A program made the position numbers and the translations under genes. Under the pieces are notes generated by a model, which was not told where the DNA came from, searched no databases, and saw nothing but the letters and a program-made list of their open reading frames with translations. From a bacterium (lineage in GTDB: Bacteria > Calescibacteriota > Calescibacteriia > Calescibacteriales > Calescibacteriaceae), in assembly GCA_030550715.1 (NCBI GenBank), contig JAUQOU010000006.1, forward strand, positions 2,436 through 66,435: a stretch of DNA of 64,000 nucleotides, in the 5' to 3' direction. Each line of letters starts with the position of its first letter. Position 1 is the stretch's first letter. Below are positions 49,062 through 58,869 of the stretch, piece by piece.

Positions 49062-49171
49062 CCGTTAAGGAAAATATAATTTAAATTTTAATCCTACGCC
49101 TATGGTCTATTCAAAAAGAGGAAGGAACCCAAAAATTCAAAGAATAAAAGAATCAAAAAACTCCGCAAAAT

Positions 49172-50104
49172 TCAATCTACAAATTTTACTACTTCCTCTT
49201 GAAGTGTTAATTTCTTTTTTTCTTTCACTTTTTCTTTGACATAGTTTATCAGGTCATCTGCCTCCTGAAAGCATGCTCCCCCTTCATTTTCAATAAAATT
49301 AGCATGTAATGAAGATATCTTCACTCTTTTTGTCATTTTAAAACCTTTCAGCCCAACCTCCTCTATTATTTTCCCTGCCGACTCCCCGTTGTCTGGATTT
49401 TTGAATATACAACCGAATGTTTTTGAATTCACAGGTTGGGTCTCAAATCTCTTTTTGAGATATTTTGAAACCTTATCTCTAACATCTCCTGGCTTCGCTT
49501 TCCCAAAACGAAAAGAAGCAGAAAGAATAATCTGGTTATTCTGTATACTGCTACATCTATAACCGAAATCTGGTTTTATTTTCTCTATATTTATCTCGCC
49601 ATTGCTCATTGTTATGACTTCAACATTCTGGACAAATTCAGAAATGCTCCCAAGACGAGTTCCAGCATTCATCTTAATAGCTCCACCAATACATCCAGGA
49701 ATACCCGAAATCTTCTCAACACCTTCAAAACCTCTCTTTATCCCAAGAGCAACAAGGAATTGAAGAGAAACTCCAGAACCAAGAGAGACATAAAAGTAAT
49801 TTTCGTCTTCCCATTCTTTACAGAACTCAAATCTATGGAGTGAAACAACAACTCGCGGAATCTTCCCATCTCTCACAAGAAGCTTTGAACCATTACCAAC
49901 TACCCAAAAAGGGATCTGATTTTTATGAATATATTCAAGAACCTTCTGAATATCTTGTAATGTTTTTGGAAACACAAAACAATAAGGTTCTCCACCTATT
50001 CCTACTGTTGTTATATCAGAAAATCTGAGAATTTTTGAATCAACGCCGAGGTTTTTTAAGTCACACAAAATCCCCCGCCTCTCCTCGTCAAACCGCATAT
50101 GCAA
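49172..50104 (-). CDS. murB: UDP-N-acetylenolpyruvoylglucosamine reductase
   Basis: 310 aa. FAD-binding PCMH-type domain (TTVGIGGEP, WVVGNGSKLL), and catalytic region GCIFKNP. Confidence 0.9.
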   Translation of the reverse strand: MHMRFDEERRGILCDLKNLGVDSKILRFSDITTVGIGGEPYCFVFPKTLQDIQKVLEYIHKNQIPFWVVGNGSKLLVRDGKIPRVVVSLHRFEFCKEWEDENYFYVSLGSGVSLQFLVALGIKRGFEGVEKISGIPGCIGGAIKMNAGTRLGSISEFVQNVEVITMSNGEINIEKIKPDFGYRCSSIQNNQIILSASFRFGKAKPGDVRDKVSKYLKKRFETQPVNSKTFGCIFKNPDNGESAGKIIEEVGLKGFKMTKRVKISSLHANFIENEGGACFQEADDLINYVKEKVKEKKKLTLQEEVVKFVD

Positions 50105-50112
50105 AATTTTAT

Positions 50113-50134
50113 AATCAAAATTAAATTTTTGATT
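50113..50134. promoter_or_regulatory. Palindrome AATCAAAA-N6-TTTTGATT in the divergent murB/pckG promoter region
   Basis: Perfect 8-bp arms, AT-rich. Centred about 80 nt upstream of the pckG ATG. Confidence 0.3.
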
Positions 50135-50202
50135 TTTGTAAAAATATTTTCTGAAAACTGAAAAAAATAAAAAAGAAAAAAATTCTCATTCTATTTCATA
50201 AA

Positions 50203-51981
50203 ATGAAGGAACTAGAAAATTGGATTGAAGAGCAAGCAAAAATCCTGAAACCAAAAGAAATAGTATGGATAAACGAAGGAGAAGGAAAAGAATTAGAAAA
50301 TTTAGTAAATCAAGCCCTGGAAGAAAATTTTATTGATGGAAGGAAAGTTCTTTACGAACTAAACCAAACACCTTTCCCAAATTCTTTTCTGCATAGGTCT
50401 CATCCCGAAGATGTGGCGAGAACTGAGCACCGGACATTCTTATCTTTCAAAGATAAAAATCTTGCAGGTCCCACCAATAACTTTATGGGAGTTCAAGAAG
50501 CAAAAGAGCTTATCTATAATCTATCAAAAAACGCTATGGAAGGCAGAAAAATGTATGTTATCCCTTTCATAATGGGAAATCCTTCGTCCCCTTATTCTCT
50601 TCCTTGCGTTCAAATAACCGACTCAATATATGTTGCGATATCAATGTGCGTAATGACGAGAGCAGGAAAAATAGCTCTGGAAAAAATAAAAGAAAGAGGC
50701 AAGTTTATAAAAGGTGTTCACTCTCTCGGAACTCTTGATAAAGATAAAAAATACATAATTCATTTTCCAGAAGAAGAACTTGTTGTATCTTTGAATTCCG
50801 GCTATGGTGGAAATGCTCTTTTGGGGAAAAAATGTATTGCATTAAGAATTGCATCTTATAAAGGTTGGTGCGAAGGATGGCTTGCAGAACATATGCTCAT
50901 CATAGAAGTTGAGAATCCAGAAGGTAAAAAATTTTACTTCGCAGCAGCAGCACCTTCTGCATCCGGAAAAACAAACCTCGCCCTCCTTTCCCCAACACTC
51001 CCCGGCTGGAAAGTAAGAACTCTGGGAGACGACATAGCATGGATACACATCGGAGACGATGGGAAACTATATGCTTTAAACCCTGAGGCAGGTTTCTTCG
51101 GAGTTGCTCCCGGAACCTCTTCAAAAACAAACCCAAACATGATAAAAACACTAAAAACAGGAAAACACCTTGTCACTATATTCACAAATGTCGCTCTTGA
51201 CCCTGAAAATCTTATCCCATGGTGGGAAGGATTAGAGCCAGATATTCCCAAACCTAAAAAACTTCTTGACTGGCAGGGAAAATATTGGGAACCATCTTCT
51301 GGCTCACCCGCAGCTCATCCGAATTCAAGGTTTACAGTATCTATAAGAAACTGCCCTATACTCTCACCGGAATATGATAATCCAAAGGGAGTCCCGTTAG
51401 ATGGGATAATTTTTGGGAGCAGGAGAAGTAGCACAATACCACTTGTGTTTGAAGCCACAGATTGGCAAACAGGAATATTCTTCGCCGCAACAATGGGAGC
51501 AGAAACCACCGCAGCAGCCGAAGGAAAAGTGGGAATAGTAAGACGAGATCCGTTTTCAATGCTCCCGTTCTGCGGATACAACATGGCATATTACTTCAAG
51601 CACTGGCTCAAAATAGGGAAAATAGCTAAAAACAAACCAAAAATATTTTTCGTCAACTGGTTCAGAAAAAAAGATGGCTCCTTCGTTTGGCCAGGATTTG
51701 GAGAAAACATAAGAGTAATAAAATGGATGATAGATAGAATAGAAGGCAAAGCAAAAGGCATAGAAAAAGAAATAGGAATAATCCCAAAAGAAGAAGAATT
51801 AGACCTATCAGGATTAGAAATGAAAAAGGAAGATATTGAGTTTGCTCTTTCTGTTAAAAAAGAAGAATGGGAAAAAGAAATATCTGATATTGAAGTGTTC
51901 TTAAAGTCCTTTGGAGAAGACCTTCCAGATGAAATAAGAAAAACCATGCATTCACTCAAAAAAAAGTTCAAAAATATCTGA
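50203..51981 (+). CDS. pckG: Phosphoenolpyruvate carboxykinase (GTP)
   Basis: 592 aa. GTP-PEPCK blocks (YFAAAAPSASGKTNLALL P-loop, GDDIAWIH, FGVAPGTS, NWFRKKDGSFVWPGFGEN). Confidence 0.95.
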   Translation: MKELENWIEEQAKILKPKEIVWINEGEGKELENLVNQALEENFIDGRKVLYELNQTPFPNSFLHRSHPEDVARTEHRTFLSFKDKNLAGPTNNFMGVQEAKELIYNLSKNAMEGRKMYVIPFIMGNPSSPYSLPCVQITDSIYVAISMCVMTRAGKIALEKIKERGKFIKGVHSLGTLDKDKKYIIHFPEEELVVSLNSGYGGNALLGKKCIALRIASYKGWCEGWLAEHMLIIEVENPEGKKFYFAAAAPSASGKTNLALLSPTLPGWKVRTLGDDIAWIHIGDDGKLYALNPEAGFFGVAPGTSSKTNPNMIKTLKTGKHLVTIFTNVALDPENLIPWWEGLEPDIPKPKKLLDWQGKYWEPSSGSPAAHPNSRFTVSIRNCPILSPEYDNPKGVPLDGIIFGSRRSSTIPLVFEATDWQTGIFFAATMGAETTAAAEGKVGIVRRDPFSMLPFCGYNMAYYFKHWLKIGKIAKNKPKIFFVNWFRKKDGSFVWPGFGENIRVIKWMIDRIEGKAKGIEKEIGIIPKEEELDLSGLEMKKEDIEFALSVKKEEWEKEISDIEVFLKSFGEDLPDEIRKTMHSLKKKFKNI

Positions 51982-51993
51982 TTGACCAACAAA

Positions 51994-52947
51994 ATGAAAG
52001 TAGGAGTGATATGTAATATAAATGCTCAGAGAGTCCCCCCAGGTATATCTGCAAGAATAAAAGCCATACTGAAAGATAGCATAGAGGTAATTGAGGAGAC
52101 AAAAAAACTCAAAGATATGAAACAAATAATTGATGATTATTTTGATAAAGTTGATATCTGGTGCTTTGTAGGCGGAGATGGAACTGTAAATCAAGGTCTA
52201 TCTTATCTTTGGTATAAAACAGGCATGAAAGACGAATTAGATATTCCTGTACTTCACGGAAAAGCCGGCTCTCTGAACGCAATCCCAGATAAAATACCTC
52301 TCAAAGGAGACCTGGACGACATACTTATTCGGTTCAAAAACTTTCTTGAAGAAAAAAAGGGAATAAGAAAAATTCCAAGAGATAATCTGAAAAAACTCAA
52401 CACAATCAAGTTAAGCATAAAAGGATATGAAACACCGAAAATATGCTTCAATTTTTTTCTCGGAGTTCCATTTTTAATCTCAAAAAAAGTTATAGAAATG
52501 AGGTTGGGGACAAAAAGCAGTATACTTCAGACAATTTACTCAACAATAGCCAAGTTCGTAGTCAGCGGAGGGAGAGAAAAACTCATAAAGAAAATAAAAG
52601 CAGAAATCGAAATAGAAGGAGCAAAATATCCATATAAATTCCACTATGTTATAGTTGGTTCAACTTTCAGAGAGCCAGCCCTATTTTTCAGACCTTTCAC
52701 AGAAATAGATAAGTATAAATCTGGTTTTTTCTTCTTCGTGTACTCTGGGGATGCTTGGACAGCAATAAGAAATTTCAGAACTTATGCCCGAGGTAAAAAA
52801 AGACCACCACACTCGTTCAATGACATAACAAGCAAAGTGTTAATAAAAGCTTGGAGTGGACTGAACTACGATGGAGAAATTGAAGATAAAGATTTCGTTG
52901 AATTCAAAGCAGAAATTGGACCTATTGTCAACCTGATAAAAATCTAA
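51994..52947 (+). CDS. Diacylglycerol-kinase-catalytic-domain (DAGK_cat/NAD-kinase-like) lipid kinase family protein
   Basis: FVGGDGTVNQG motif. The ATG at 51994 (MKVGVICN) is preferred over the TTG at 51982, which abuts the pckG stop. Confidence 0.6.
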   Translation: MKVGVICNINAQRVPPGISARIKAILKDSIEVIEETKKLKDMKQIIDDYFDKVDIWCFVGGDGTVNQGLSYLWYKTGMKDELDIPVLHGKAGSLNAIPDKIPLKGDLDDILIRFKNFLEEKKGIRKIPRDNLKKLNTIKLSIKGYETPKICFNFFLGVPFLISKKVIEMRLGTKSSILQTIYSTIAKFVVSGGREKLIKKIKAEIEIEGAKYPYKFHYVIVGSTFREPALFFRPFTEIDKYKSGFFFFVYSGDAWTAIRNFRTYARGKKRPPHSFNDITSKVLIKAWSGLNYDGEIEDKDFVEFKAEIGPIVNLIKI

Positions 52948-53027
52948 AAACCAAGAATAAAACATTAAAAAAGCTAAAAACGTAAAAAATCTCCCCTCAG
53001 AGATAAAAAAAGATAAAAATATAAATT

Positions 53028-53642
53028 ATGGTTGAAAAAATCAGCGTTCTTCTCATAGTTATACCTGTTCTTCTTTTTTCTCTTTCGGTTCATGAATATG
53101 CACATGGATTTATAGCGTGGAAACTTGGAGACCCAACCGCAAAAAGAATGGGAAGATTGACCCTCAATCCTCTTGCCCATCTTGACCCCATCGGAGTTCT
53201 TTTTGCAGTATTTTTCCATTTCGGTTGGGCAAAACCTGTTCCTATAAACCCTTTTTATTTCAGAAAGCCACTTGCTCATCTCGCAATAGCGTCTGCTGCT
53301 GGACCGATTTCAAACCTCCTCCTCTGCTTCGGATTTGCGCTCATCTACAAAACCTCCGAAAAAGTGCTCGGTCCTCAGGATTTTTTACAGAATTTTTTCA
53401 TTACCGCATCTTACATAAATTCAGCTCTTTTTTTCTTCAATTTCATTCCTATACCTCCTCTTGATGGGTCAAGAATACTTTTCGCTCTCCTGCCTGGAAT
53501 GACCCTTGAAAAATCAATGAGATACGAAATCTTCGGTTTTTTAGGAATCTTCATCCTTGTACTTTTGAACAATGTCGGATTCCCGATCTTCAATTACATA
53601 GTGGTAAAACCATCGTATATGCTCATTTCCTTCCTTTACTGA
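53028..53642 (+). CDS. Site-2 protease family (peptidase M50) membrane metalloprotease, no PDZ
   Basis: 204 aa. HEYAHG (HExxH) in TM1 and the NFIPIPPLDGS motif. Confidence 0.85.
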   Translation: MVEKISVLLIVIPVLLFSLSVHEYAHGFIAWKLGDPTAKRMGRLTLNPLAHLDPIGVLFAVFFHFGWAKPVPINPFYFRKPLAHLAIASAAGPISNLLLCFGFALIYKTSEKVLGPQDFLQNFFITASYINSALFFFNFIPIPPLDGSRILFALLPGMTLEKSMRYEIFGFLGIFILVLLNNVGFPIFNYIVVKPSYMLISFLY

Positions 53643-53695
53643 AAAATTTATTGAAATGAAACAAAAAGTATCTTCCAAAATAATTATTCATAATT

Positions 53696-54292
53696 ATGAA
53701 AGAGAAAAAATCTGACGATAAAAAACAGGAAAAGGAAGACAAAACCCCTGAGCAGATCCTCTCCGAGTCAAAAGAAGAGATGAAAAAAGCAGTTGAGAAG
53801 TTTGAAGAAGAGATAAGGAAAATAAGAACCGGAAGAGCCCATCCCTCACTGCTTGACGGGATAAAGGTCTTCGCATACGATTCAGAAGTCCCCCTCAATC
53901 AATTAGCGATAATTTCTGTTGTATCTCCATCAGAACTCACTATTGAACCGTATGACCCGAACATAAAAACCGCAATAGAAAAAGCAATTTTACAATCGGG
54001 AAGAGACCTCATACCTTCAAGCGAAGGCAAAATTATAAGAATAAAAATACCCCCGCTCACTCAGGAAACCAGAGAAAACCTCATAAAGCTTGTCAGAAAA
54101 AAATCAGAAGAATTCAAGGTATCTATAAGAAACATAAGAGATAAGGCAAGAAAAGAAATAAAGGACATAAAAAGCAAAATTTCAGAAGACAAAATGAGAA
54201 AGATAAACGATGAGATACAAAAAATCGCAGATGAACACATAAAAAAGATTGACTCTATCACACAGGCAAAAGAGAAAGAAATAATGGGCTGA
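53696..54292 (+). CDS. frr: Ribosome recycling factor
   Basis: MKKAVEKFEEEIRKIRTGRAHPSLLDGIKV and downstream RRF blocks. Short K/E-rich N-terminal extension. Confidence 0.95.
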   Translation: MKEKKSDDKKQEKEDKTPEQILSESKEEMKKAVEKFEEEIRKIRTGRAHPSLLDGIKVFAYDSEVPLNQLAIISVVSPSELTIEPYDPNIKTAIEKAILQSGRDLIPSSEGKIIRIKIPPLTQETRENLIKLVRKKSEEFKVSIRNIRDKARKEIKDIKSKISEDKMRKINDEIQKIADEHIKKIDSITQAKEKEIMG

Positions 54293-54294
54293 AT

Positions 54295-55206
54295 TCAAAT
54301 GTGAGTCCTTATCTGAAAAGTATCTTTTATCTTCTCAACCTCTGGAAGAACCATCTCATAAACCCTCTCCAAAACATCATCAGAATTATCAAGTTGAAGA
54401 ACTGAAAAAGCAGTCCTATCAACGGCATGTATCATAGAATCCACCGGGGCACCTTCACCTATCTGCATAGCTACAACATCTCCAAGATGGACACAAGAGA
54501 TAATTTTGAGTGTCGTTTTATCTCCTGAAAACTCTGAAGGATACGGATAGTAATCAACAACAACCGCAAGCTCTTCTGGAATTCCCCACTTTCTCAAAGC
54601 ATAAGCTCCAAGTTCGTTATGAGAGAAACCGAATACGTTCTTTGAAGCCCTGTGAAAAGATATCTTCTTTTCTAAAATTTCTCTCAACACCTGGTTTATA
54701 GCAGATGCACCGAGCCCATCCATTATAACTCTTCCTATTGTTCTCAAAGCTCCGGCTGTGAAAATAACATCGCTGAGGAACCTCAAACCTGTCATTTCTC
54801 CGAACTTCACCGCAGCAAAAGCACCAGTTATTGAGAAGATAACAAGCTCACCTTCGGATAACCTGAAACTTCTCAGCTCCCTTGAGGCAATTTTTTTAGC
54901 CCAGGCAGCAATAATAAGTCGCAAAAGCGATTTTTTGCCCAGAACAACAATAGCTTGCTCCAACGACTTTATCTCTTGCGAAAAACCATAATAAGCAGAA
55001 TTAGCCATGCGTATGGTGTCAGCAGTTATCACAGGGTCCTTTGCAAGCTCCAGAGCTATCTTTGAAACGCTTATTTTATCATCTTCACTTTTCAGCATAT
55101 TTATAAGGTTCGTAAGGTATTGCGGGGGTGGAGAAGCATATTTTTCTATCAGCTCATCCATCTTTGCCTTTATTTTTTGGTCAAACTCCTTCACCATATT
55201 CTTCAA
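54295..55206 (-). CDS. HDOD-domain signalling protein
   Basis: 303 aa. DPVITADTIRMANSAYYGFSQEIKSLEQAIVVLG is typical of HDOD. Confidence 0.75.
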   Translation of the reverse strand: MKNMVKEFDQKIKAKMDELIEKYASPPPQYLTNLINMLKSEDDKISVSKIALELAKDPVITADTIRMANSAYYGFSQEIKSLEQAIVVLGKKSLLRLIIAAWAKKIASRELRSFRLSEGELVIFSITGAFAAVKFGEMTGLRFLSDVIFTAGALRTIGRVIMDGLGASAINQVLREILEKKISFHRASKNVFGFSHNELGAYALRKWGIPEELAVVVDYYPYPSEFSGDKTTLKIISCVHLGDVVAMQIGEGAPVDSMIHAVDRTAFSVLQLDNSDDVLERVYEMVLPEVEKIKDTFQIRTHI

Positions 55207-55243
55207 AACAAATCGGCAAATTTCTTATTTGATTGACGGAAAT

Positions 55244-55687
55244 TTATATTTCCCTTTGCCCTCCTATAAGATAATAGACGACACATCTTCCCGAAACAGG
55301 GTCAAAAGTCACAGTTCTTGTAACAGAACCGCCAATATCATAACCCCCCACAGGTAGTTTCATTTTTCTTATAGCATTTATCACTGCTGCGGAAAATTTT
55401 CTTCCTATTTGCAGACCAGCAACATCTGCTCCCCCTGCGAGCTTTACCCTTAGCTTTTCAAAGTCGTGATCTTTCACACCCAATGCGTTGATAAGTTCTC
55501 TTATTTTTTCTTCAACTTTGCTTTCATCGGAGGAGAAAAAGTGTGTAGCTGCGCACCTTCTTCCGAAAGGATCCCAGATTACTATAGCCATACCTGTTGC
55601 AACTTTTTCTATTTTTATCTTTTCTTTTCCGACCCAGGTTTGAAGAAGTTTCAAGCTGACTTCCATTAACGAATCCACCCCCGCCAA
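55244..55687 (-). CDS. cheD: Chemoreceptor glutamine deamidase CheD
   Basis: 147 aa. CheD-like blocks (CAATHFF, KLAGGADV, IGRKFSAAVINAIRKMKLPVGGYDIGG). Confidence 0.75.
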   Translation of the reverse strand: MAGVDSLMEVSLKLLQTWVGKEKIKIEKVATGMAIVIWDPFGRRCAATHFFSSDESKVEEKIRELINALGVKDHDFEKLRVKLAGGADVAGLQIGRKFSAAVINAIRKMKLPVGGYDIGGSVTRTVTFDPVSGRCVVYYLIGGQREI

Positions 55688-55791
55688 AGTATATAAAAAT
55701 TCTTCTAACTTATTTTTGGCACTAAAAAAATTAAAATAAATATTAATTTAATCTAAACAGAAAAATAGAATTTAAAATAATCTGAAAAAAT

Positions 55792-55809
55792 TTGTTCAAA
55801 AATGAACAA
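55792..55809 (-). terminator. Putative rho-independent terminator of the glycoside hydrolase gene
   Basis: TTGTTCA-N4-TGAACAA, 53 nt past the stop. On the minus strand it is followed by ATTTTTTCAG. Confidence 0.45.
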
Positions 55810-55861
55810 CTCCCAGAATTAAAAAATAAGCACTGTGAAATCAATTTTAATCTAATTCAAA

Positions 55862-56890
55862 CTACCATTTTCTGATTTTCTCTTCGGCTTTTTTCCCACG
55901 CGGAGTATAGCCGAGCTTATCTACATCATCCCGATAGAACTCCCACTCCCACCAGAATATCCCTTTTATATGTGGGAAAGCAAACTCAATTGCAGATTCG
56001 TATAGCATTGCCTGTTCGTCTTCGTCTCTTTCAGAGTTCAGAGTATAGTCCCAAGGTCTTGCACAGGTTCCTCTCCTGCTGAGATAGCCAAGCTCTGTAA
56101 AGACCACTTCTTTCTCACCGGCAAAATCTCTTATCTCTCTTATTATGCTCTCCCATCTTGCTTTTATCTTTGATTTTTCCGGTACCTCGCCTTCGGAACA
56201 GAGAGAAAAATAAGCATCTATTCCAACAAAGTCAAGTTCCTTCCAGAAACTTACTTTTTTATACTCAGTGAAGTTAGCCGAATAAATAAGCTTACCAGAA
56301 AAAATTTTTCTCACTTTCTCTATAAATTCTATAAAAACTTCTGGATAAGAAGTTGAGATATATTCAAGTTCGGTTCCAACAGAGAAAATCTCTGCCTTAT
56401 ATCTTTCAGCAATTTCAGCATAAGATAGCATAAAACGAAAATAATCTTCCTTCCAGGTTTTTATGTCTTGTGGAGATATAAGACCTCTATATGTTAGTGG
56501 TATTGGGTCAATATGGGGTTTGAGCATAACACAGAATCCTCTCTTTTTAGCTTCTGAAAGGGCGAGCTCAACTTCAAATTCATCCGGGGTGTTCTCTGTC
56601 TTTATTATGTGAGAAGATGTCAAGCCATCTTGATATAGCGTTATGACTATGGCTACTGAATTCAATCCAAGTGATCTCAGCTCGTCAAGCGCATTTAAAA
56701 ATCTTTGAGAAGAGAGTTCTCCTTTCAACCACGAAGGCAAACTCATTCCTTTGAACTTCTGGCAGTTCTTCCAGTTTCTGCCATAATCTTTTTCAGAACT
56801 TATCTTATTCCCACAGGAAATATAAAAAACTATGCACAAGGTGATAATTTTAAAAACAGCAAGGTTGCAAAATGACCCGAACGTTCTCAT
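55862..56890 (-). CDS. Clan GH-A (TIM-barrel) glycoside hydrolase lipoprotein
   Basis: 342 aa. Lipobox FYISC|GNK. Candidate catalytic Glu pair in the GTELEY and VFTELGY strands, and an aromatic-rich end (IFWWEWEFY). The GH family is not resolved. Confidence 0.55.
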   Translation of the reverse strand: MRTFGSFCNLAVFKIITLCIVFYISCGNKISSEKDYGRNWKNCQKFKGMSLPSWLKGELSSQRFLNALDELRSLGLNSVAIVITLYQDGLTSSHIIKTENTPDEFEVELALSEAKKRGFCVMLKPHIDPIPLTYRGLISPQDIKTWKEDYFRFMLSYAEIAERYKAEIFSVGTELEYISTSYPEVFIEFIEKVRKIFSGKLIYSANFTEYKKVSFWKELDFVGIDAYFSLCSEGEVPEKSKIKARWESIIREIRDFAGEKEVVFTELGYLSRRGTCARPWDYTLNSERDEDEQAMLYESAIEFAFPHIKGIFWWEWEFYRDDVDKLGYTPRGKKAEEKIRKW

Positions 56891-56942
56891 AAATATATCC
56901 TAAAAATCAAATTCTCCCAAAAATATAAATAAAATAAAGAAA

Positions 56943-57695
56943 ATGAGAGAAGAAGAGTTCAAAAGAGTTATAGCGAAGGGTAAAAAGAAGGAGGTATTCC
57001 AGGATAAAATATACGAGCTTGGAGAGAGATTATTTGACATCATTGCGGAAAAATGGAAAGAGGTAATAGCCGGATTATTAGCTACATCTCTTGTGATATT
57101 TGTGGTATGGGCTTTAAGAGAACGAGGAAAAAATAAAGAAAAGGAGGATTTTTTGAAGTTTGAAATAGCAAACCAGTACATAAATGCTTATGATTTATCT
57201 CGTGATAAATCGGCTCTGGAAAACGCAATTGGTACTCTCTCTCAAATAGATAAGAAACCAAAATACATCTCAAAAATACTTCTCGCGTGGGCGCTTTCAA
57301 AAAGTGGCGAAACAGATAAAGCAACCCAAACCCTTAACTCATTAATTCAAGACAAATCAGCAGATGAAAAACTCAAAGACCTCGCAAGAATAATGAAAAT
57401 AAACATACTCGGAGATAAAAACTGCGAAGAGGTGATAAAAACATGGGAAGAAATAAAATCAAAAAACAGAGATAAAATCACTCTGGGAAAGGAGGGAGAT
57501 AAAAGTGGTTTCCCAATACCACTGCGAACTTACTTTGAGGTTTCAAGATGCGCAAAAGATAGAAAAGACATACTCAACGAAATCATATCGGAACTTAACT
57601 TTGCATACTCAATAGAACAATTTATATCCCCAGAAAAAGCAAAATACATACTCGTTATAAAAAAGTTTGCTCAAGATAAAATGAACGAAAAATGA
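56943..57695 (+). CDS. YfgM-like single-TM, TPR-like periplasmic protein
   Basis: 250 aa. Cytoplasmic N-terminus, TM helix (VIAGLLATSLVIFVVWAL), and a helical repeat region. Confidence 0.4.
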   Translation: MREEEFKRVIAKGKKKEVFQDKIYELGERLFDIIAEKWKEVIAGLLATSLVIFVVWALRERGKNKEKEDFLKFEIANQYINAYDLSRDKSALENAIGTLSQIDKKPKYISKILLAWALSKSGETDKATQTLNSLIQDKSADEKLKDLARIMKINILGDKNCEEVIKTWEEIKSKNRDKITLGKEGDKSGFPIPLRTYFEVSRCAKDRKDILNEIISELNFAYSIEQFISPEKAKYILVIKKFAQDKMNEK

Positions 57696-57720
57696 AGAAA
57701 ATCAGAAATCAAAATAAAAA

Positions 57721-58863
57721 ATGAATAAAGATGAAACAGAAAAAATGAAACATATCAAAGTGAAAAATTTTCTCGTTATATTTTTCTCACTTTTGAACTT
57801 CGCAGAACCGCAATCATCTTCCGCAGAAATTGATTTATATCTTGACTTTTTTTCTCAGCCATCAAAAGAAAACTACTTTTTTTTCTCCACGCCATTTTTC
57901 ATATCAGATGATATAGGAATAAGCTTGAACAACTCAATAATAATCTACACCCCACAAAAAAAAGAGATAAAAATAAACTTAGGAGAAACCGCCATAAGTG
58001 AAGTGAGAAGAGAAAAAGATTATCTTCTTTTCTGCTCACAAAAAAGCAAAATCGTCAAAATGAACCTGTACTCTCAAACTGAAAGTTTTGAACTTGAATA
58101 CCCTTGCGTAATCCCTCCGATAGAAACAGAAAACAGAAAAATATTAGCTGTTGATATTAAAGGGACTTTATGCACATTTGAAGAAGAAACAGGAGCAAAA
58201 AACTGCATAGACCTGAACGAAGATAAAGAAAAAATAACATTTCTCTACTTCTCTTTGCCAGATATTATAGCATTGAGCGAGAAAGAAATTTTGGTCCCGT
58301 ATGAGAACACCATTTTTTCAGTTTCAGAAGATCTAAAACTGAAATATCCTGTATTAGAATTTTCAAATTCAAGCTTTATAACTTTTTTAGCTCTGAAAGA
58401 AAATAAACTCGCTATATCAACAGAAAACAGTTCATACATATATGAAATAGAAAATCAAAATCCTCTCAAACTCAAAGAGCTCGCGAAAATCTACGAAGAT
58501 GAGATACTCGGAACAGATTTTGATGGGAAAAAACTTGCGATAACATCAAAAAACGGAATAATTGTTCTTGACACGATCAGAAAAAAAATACTGAGAAAAA
58601 AAATTGAAGGAATAGTTGAAATATCAGCACCAAAGATATTCGGAGACAATATAATTTTTTCTATAAGTTTCGGTAAATACATGGGGAAAGTCCTACCTCT
58701 AAAAAATTCAATAGTAATCGCAGAATACAAAGATGGTAAATTGAAATTCAAAAAAGAAATAATTATAAATTCTTTTGCAAGAAAAATAAAGTTAGAGCAA
58801 AACAAATTAGCTCTTATTACAGATTCTGGGACTCTGTGGTTTTTTAAAATAAAAGGGAAGTAA
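57721..58863 (+). CDS. Exported PQQ/BamB-like beta-propeller protein
   Basis: 380 aa. Signal peptide (FLVIFFSLLNFAEP). Recurrent propeller-blade units (KILAVDIKGTLCTFEEETG, KLAISTENSSYIYEI, KLAITSKNGIIVLDT, KLALITDSGTLWFFKI). Confidence 0.4.
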   Translation: MNKDETEKMKHIKVKNFLVIFFSLLNFAEPQSSSAEIDLYLDFFSQPSKENYFFFSTPFFISDDIGISLNNSIIIYTPQKKEIKINLGETAISEVRREKDYLLFCSQKSKIVKMNLYSQTESFELEYPCVIPPIETENRKILAVDIKGTLCTFEEETGAKNCIDLNEDKEKITFLYFSLPDIIALSEKEILVPYENTIFSVSEDLKLKYPVLEFSNSSFITFLALKENKLAISTENSSYIYEIENQNPLKLKELAKIYEDEILGTDFDGKKLAITSKNGIIVLDTIRKKILRKKIEGIVEISAPKIFGDNIIFSISFGKYMGKVLPLKNSIVIAEYKDGKLKFKKEIIINSFARKIKLEQNKLALITDSGTLWFFKIKGK

Positions 58864-58869
58864 AGTGAG

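Noticed and set aside
52989-53004. Hairpin ATCTC-N6-GAGAT with a flanking A/T run after the lipid-kinase gene
   Set aside because: The T-tract follows the stem only on the minus strand, where no gene ends. The stem is 5 bp and weak, so I did not call it a terminator.
55721-55736. TGGCAC hexamer (TTTTTGGCACTAAAAAAATT) in the cheD/GH intergenic region
   Set aside because: It matches the -24 half of a sigma-54 promoter, but there is no TTGC at the -12 position and no + strand gene downstream.
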